64,000 bases of DNA, from positions 1,798,001-1,862,000 of the forward strand of contig OU015566.1 of assembly GCA_907165135.1 (NCBI GenBank). The letters are read 5' to 3'. The notes below the pieces were generated by a model, which worked only from the letters and a program-made list of their open reading frames with translations, was not told where the DNA came from and did not search any database. Numbering within the stretch: the first letter of the stretch is position 1; every line of letters starts with the position of its first letter. Of the stretch, positions 59,039-64,000 are shown piece after piece. The position numbers were made by a program, and so were the translations under genes. The stretch comes from Oikopleura dioica (Eukaryota > Animalia > Chordata).

Positions 59039-61970
59039 CTAGAGGCGCATTTTATTAAAAAACTTCAATTGAGAAAGGTATTTTTGAGCAAGTGCTGTCT
59101 GTCCGCAAGTGTGTTCCTTGTTGATTTTCACACAGGCTTGAAATTGACCAGTTTCGTTCGAAAGACCTTGAAATCCTTATCTTTCTCAACAATTATCAAA
59201 CGTACCTGTGCAATTTTTGCTGTGCCACGGGTGAAAAATCCCTTCATCATGAGACCTGACAAATTTTATGCCTCTTTTGATGAAATCATCGTAAAGCTCG
59301 GTGTCTTCATTTCCCCAGCCGTGGATGTTTTGATTGTAGCCATCGGAAGAAAGATACGTCCTTTTCGTCATTGCAACTGGACCGACTCCGTGAGAGCGCC
59401 AGAATCCATTCGACTCGGAAATTTTAAAGTCTTCATGATTCGTCAGCTCGTATTGACTAGGGAAAGAGTAGCGCTAGAAATTACAAACAGCTCTTTACCT
59501 GAACAAGGTCGGGAAGTAGACAAAGTCGTTGCCAAGCGCTAGGACTCTCTTTATAAAATTCTTGGTCACTAAAATGTCGACATCGTAAACGAAAAAGAGA
59601 TCTTGTTCTTCAAGAGCATCGATGGCAACTTTTTCAAAGCTCTAGAATCGATAGTTCGTCAAAGAAAATGAACCGCTTTGACTGAATTCTAGAGCCGTTC
59701 CTTGGAGACAATGAGCCTTGTCAAAAGGAACCTTACAGGAATTCATTCGAGCATTCGAGTGAAGAAAATTTTCGGAAATATTCTCCTCCATGATTTCAGC
59801 AATATTTTGTCTCTCAATCTCGTCTCCTGAAATTGCCACGACAAGATGAAGATTTGGAAGACTTTCGAGAAGTTTGGCGTAGTTTTTGATGAATCGGATA
59901 AAAGCCGACTGGCGTTTGTACAGTGGCACAATCAGCGTCAATTTTCGGTATTTCGACTGGTCTTGTCCGATTTCGCCGTTTTCTCTCATGAAAAAGTCGC
60001 TAAATCGAGCATGAGTCAGGCTCAATTTCCAGCCAAAATCGTCCATTCCAGGGCGCAGAATTGATATTCCCTTTGAGTTGACGCATTTGTAAAGGGTTGA
60101 GTGAAGTTGAGTTCCAGGGATGAAAGTGTCTGTTTTTCGGAGAATTTCAGGCCAAGGCTTGTGAAGTTTCGACCCGGGGTTCGGGGCGTTTTGGTAAATT
60201 GCTGGAGCATGCTCATTGTTTAAATTTCTGACTTCATGCCAGACGCAATCGTTGAGTCCTTTATCAACCAAGTTCCCGGAATCTCTTGGCCGCAACAGCG
60301 CAGTCTTTCCAATCATCTTCTGAATCCTTCTTTTCAATATTTTGATCCTGACTGCTTTTTGCGATTCTGGCTGCTTGATTGCATGGAGAGAAATTGCATT
60401 GTCGAGTGTCTTAATTTTCAGGTCTTTTTCTGCGTCGATGTTGTTTTTGTAGCCGATTTCACCGGGAAGCGCGTCTCGCCGCCAGTTTTGAAAGAAAAGG
60501 GAACTGGTCTCGTATGAAGTCGTGCAGTTTTTATGGATGTGGTTCCAGATACAACGGCCGATTTCAACATCTTCATGTTCCGTCATCAAATTTTTGATGC
60601 AACTGCTCAAATGTGGTCTAATCTTCCTCACAAGCGCATGAGAAACTAGAATGCCCGAGCCTCCCATGCAAAAGCATGGCCCGCTGGGATGAAATCATCC
60701 TCGTTTCTCCCGAATCCTGTTCCTCCGATGTAATGCTCTTCGTTCGGGTCGAGTTTCGAGACGAATCGGACAAGATTGTCGAATTGGAGGGCAATGTCAT
60801 CATCGACGCGGTAAAACCAGTCGTATTCGTGCGCGATGCTGTAGAAATAAGCCAGAAGTTTGAAGGTCTTCTTTTGCGGTGGATAGTCGTAATCATTCAC
60901 GCCGGGAAGGGTTAGGGTTGGAAAACCAGCGACGGGACCAGAGATGAATTTTACTGTCGCGATTTCGGGGTCAATTTCATTTAGCCAAGTTGACCGAATG
61001 GCGTCGCCTCTTTTTTTGGAATCATAAAATTGTGAAAAGCTAAAGTAAACTTCAAAATGAGCCATCATCGCTAGAAATTTAATAATTGAGAGTCGCATAG
61101 AATTTTTGATCGAAGATAATTTGGAAAAGTCAGGAAGTTTCTTATTTGAGGCACCGGCCTTCCAACTCAGAATAAAAATTATGGCTTTTCAGAAAAATAA
61201 CCTCGAATTTTCCGAATTTTAATAATCTTTCAAAAAAAATTATTACATTTCCATTGATTTTTACTAAAATACAGACTAAAACATCAGACATACTAAAATA
61301 CCCCAGAGTTCCAAAAAACGCAAAATTCTCGCGTGCGCGTGCGTGCGCGTGCGAAGAAATTTAGAATTTCGCGTACGCGTGCGTGCGCGTGCGGAGAGTT
61401 TTAGCACTTTTTTGCATCTCTAATTTTTTTCAATCGACAATTCTAGAAAAATTATTGCTAAAACCAAGTGAAAATTGTTTTGAAACATAGGAAAACCGAG
61501 AATTTTATGCATTTAAATTGATTCTAGAAATATTTTCGGCATAAATGACCTAAAAACGCCAAATTTTCTAGGATTCCGAGCACGCGCACGATCACGCACG
61601 CGTGCGAAATCTCAATCTTCGCGTGCGCGTGCGTGCGCGTGCGCACCAATTTACAAAATCTGCGCACGCGTGCGCACGGACGCACGCGTGTTTTGGAACT
61701 CTGGTTTACCCTTGTCATTTTCATTGATTTTCTTATTTTTAATTTTTGACGATTCCTTGTTTCTAAATACTTCGGCGTCGAATGAATTGCGATGAAAATT
61801 TTCTTTTTACTTTCCATTTTCGGCACCTGAAAAATCCTCCCTTTTGGCAGATCTTCGAATTTCCGGCAATTTATTCTCTCGTGCGAGTCCTGAAATCCGC
61901 ATCCCAAATAAAAGCCAATTATAATTGAGAAGAAAAAATAAACTATCTCCATGATTTTTAATCTTGCCAT
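59039..61970 (-). CDS. Chondroitin sulfate synthase (CHSY1/3-like glycosyltransferase), with apparent 1-nt frameshifts
   Basis: Type II anchor. YPPQKKTFKLL..YDWFYRVDDD, YIGGTGFG, CMGGSG..EDVEIGRC, DVD motif, VYFPTLF, GFWRSHG and GWGNEDTELY all match CHSY motifs. Confidence 0.88.
61304..61703. mobile_element. Intronic MITE (CAGAGTTCCAAAA termini) with GCGTGC/GCACGC subterminal arrays
   Basis: 13-bp TIR. Partial target duplication (TACCC on both sides). hAT-like CAG termini. Confidence 0.65.
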
Positions 61971-62186
61971 GGCTACAAGAATTCGAGCGCGTAATTTGCA
62001 GTTTTCTTGGCATGTTCCGTTCACAGCAAATATTTGCCAGTTCCCCGTTTTTTTCGCAAATGAGAATTTTTCCTCTCTGATTGTCAAAATTTATTACTTC
62101 CAACAGTCCCTTTTTTACAAAAAAATGGCAATAATTTGAACTTTTCAACAGCAGTTTTTAATTTTTACAGATTTTCTTCGTTGATT

Positions 62187-64000
62187 TCACTTTTTAGCCA
62201 TTCCACTTTGTTTTTTCTTTTCGAGATTTTGGGAGTTTATGAGGTTTTCAATGGCCATGATTGGGTTTCCTCGCGGAGGAGAGGCTGATGATTTTCTTGA
62301 AGAAGAGTTGTCAGGTGAGGTGGGATTGTCCAGATGGGGCATTTTTGAAGGTGGTTCCAGCTCGTGATCCTTAAAAATGATGAAAATTGGGGTCTTTGCG
62401 AAAAAAAACTGGGGTTATTTCGGTTTCTTGTTCATAGGAGGTATTTTTGGAGTTTGAGTTGATTTCGATGAAAGATTGATTTTTTGATTTTTATGAAAGT
62501 GGTCTTTGATGAGCGCTTGTGAGCCGAATTCGCCGGCTTGGACGACTGGCGGCTAATGGAGCGATTTGGTGTGACCGATGGGTAAAATAAAAAGTGAAGC
62601 AAAAACATTTATTTGAAATAAATCTTCATTTTGACCGCTTCTCAAGCAGCCCAATGGATCATCCGACGACTTTTTACTGCTCGTTGAACAAAAATAATCT
62701 CCGAAATCAATCAACCACGCTTTTATCACCCACCGAATTCCGAATATACTAGTAGAGGCACTTCCTTAGATGAGTTTATCTTGGCATTCTCAAGATACGG
62801 TTAGGGTAAGAAATCGAAATTTAGGGTTTTCTTTCAGCCGGCTGCTGATTGGCCGACTCGTAGAATACGGGGTTTTTATTGGTTAATGTAACGAAAAGAG
62901 CCCTAGCCGGCTTCCTATTGGCGAATTTCTGGAATAGAGCCTTTTGATTGGTCGATTTTTTTTTGGGAATTATTATCTAAAATATGGGTTTTTAACGCTT
63001 ACCTCATGAATATTTTCATTTCCAGGCGATGTCGGAGCTACGATGTCAATGTCGCTGTCATGTGACATCGCAGATTCTTTCTCCAAAATCGGCGAATTCG
63101 ACCTGCTACAACTTCCGATCGGATAATTCTTGAAGAGAATTGGAGAAACAGTAGCATGAATGACTCGCTAACTCGCCAAGAAGTCGATCACAAATTACAA
63201 GCCGCTCATCACCCTGTATATCCTTACCTCCTTTTCGCTCACCAAGGGCTACCGTACTCATCTGATGGATAAGTTTGGGGATTAGCTTGTTGACAGCCCA
63301 TCCGTCCTGCAGACGAAAGGGGACATAGCGAAAACGGGACTTTTTCGCGACCTGAACCCACGTGTCAAGCTTTTCTGTTTTTACAAATACAATTTCAGAA
63401 TTACAGTGATTACTTTCTATTTTATTCTATTGCTGTTATTATTGGAAAAACTTATTATTTTTCAATAAATTTCAACCCTTTTTGTCAAAATGAAAAAGAT
63501 TTTTTAGGATGTGATACCCTTATTTAGTGGTAAATAAATAAATGATGATAAGCTATGATTTCAAAGGTCTTCCCTTATTACAAGATTTCTAATGAAAAAA
63601 TTCCATAAATTATGAAAAAAATAATGTCGTTGTGTATTTTTTTCAATAAGAATTCGAGCAAAAGTACTGGCGCTAGATTTGCGATACAGTGGATTTGGCC
63701 GTATCGATCAAGAAATGTGCGAAAAGAAGACGATCTAGAGAGTGATGAGCGGTTCTTGACACTTTCCGTGATCACTGGCTCTTCTCGATCAAGAGGGATT
63801 ATCCGATGCCTAAGGGGTCGTTTCTTCGACAAATCTAGTGGCTCTTCACCGTTTCCTCCTCCTTGTCTCCCACTGCTACTGCTCAGCCGCGAACAACTTG
63901 CCGCTGAAAGAAAACACATCTGTCAAGTGATTGATATACGGGAAAAATTGATGCATGATACTGTAATATTCATACAGTAAGCTAGCAGAAATTCCAAGTC
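62187..64000 (-). CDS. 3' part of a Ser/Pro-rich nuclear protein with a PLDLS motif (5' end beyond the window)
   Basis: EEPLDLSKKR at 63827-63841, SDIDIV and SP-rich exons, terminal IMAIENLIN..AKK*. Exon phases only partly resolved. Confidence 0.5.

Noticed and set aside
63100-63330. HES/Orange domain (DRLLGELA)
   Set aside because: Resemblance is limited to a few residues, the frame is uncertain, and there is no WRPW end or bHLH in the window.

Overview
Compact, AT-rich eukaryotic genomic DNA with very short spliceosomal introns (about 38-70 nt, at least one probable GA-AG), TTAGGG-type repeats and many MITEs. This is most consistent with the larvacean tunicate Oikopleura (inference, no database check). 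Recognisable genes: a CUB membrane protein, a claudin-like gene, a divergent pair of paralogous secreted CUB proteins, two 4-TM genes, a ZP-domain protein, a two-finger GATA factor, two tandem paralogues built from about 190-aa LamG/ConA-like repeats, a meprin-like astacin, a Cip/Kip CDK inhibitor, a K2P potassium channel, a chondroitin sulfate synthase, and the 3' part of a PLDLS-motif protein. The standout is a young 5.65-kb gag-only LTR element (TG...CA, GATT target duplication) sitting in a 43-nt claudin intron. Its 5' LTR has lost its poly(A) signal and instead carries a 2.5-kb insert containing an intact 5-exon coiled-coil gene just downstream of the LTR TATA box. Other notable signals are a Cys-x18-Cys-[LM]D module shared by unrelated secreted proteins, CCAAT-box pairs at exactly 30-bp spacing across dispersed repeats, and a 1-kb hairpin array. 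Several 1-nt frameshifts in homopolymers are probably long-read assembly errors. All exon structures were read by eye.
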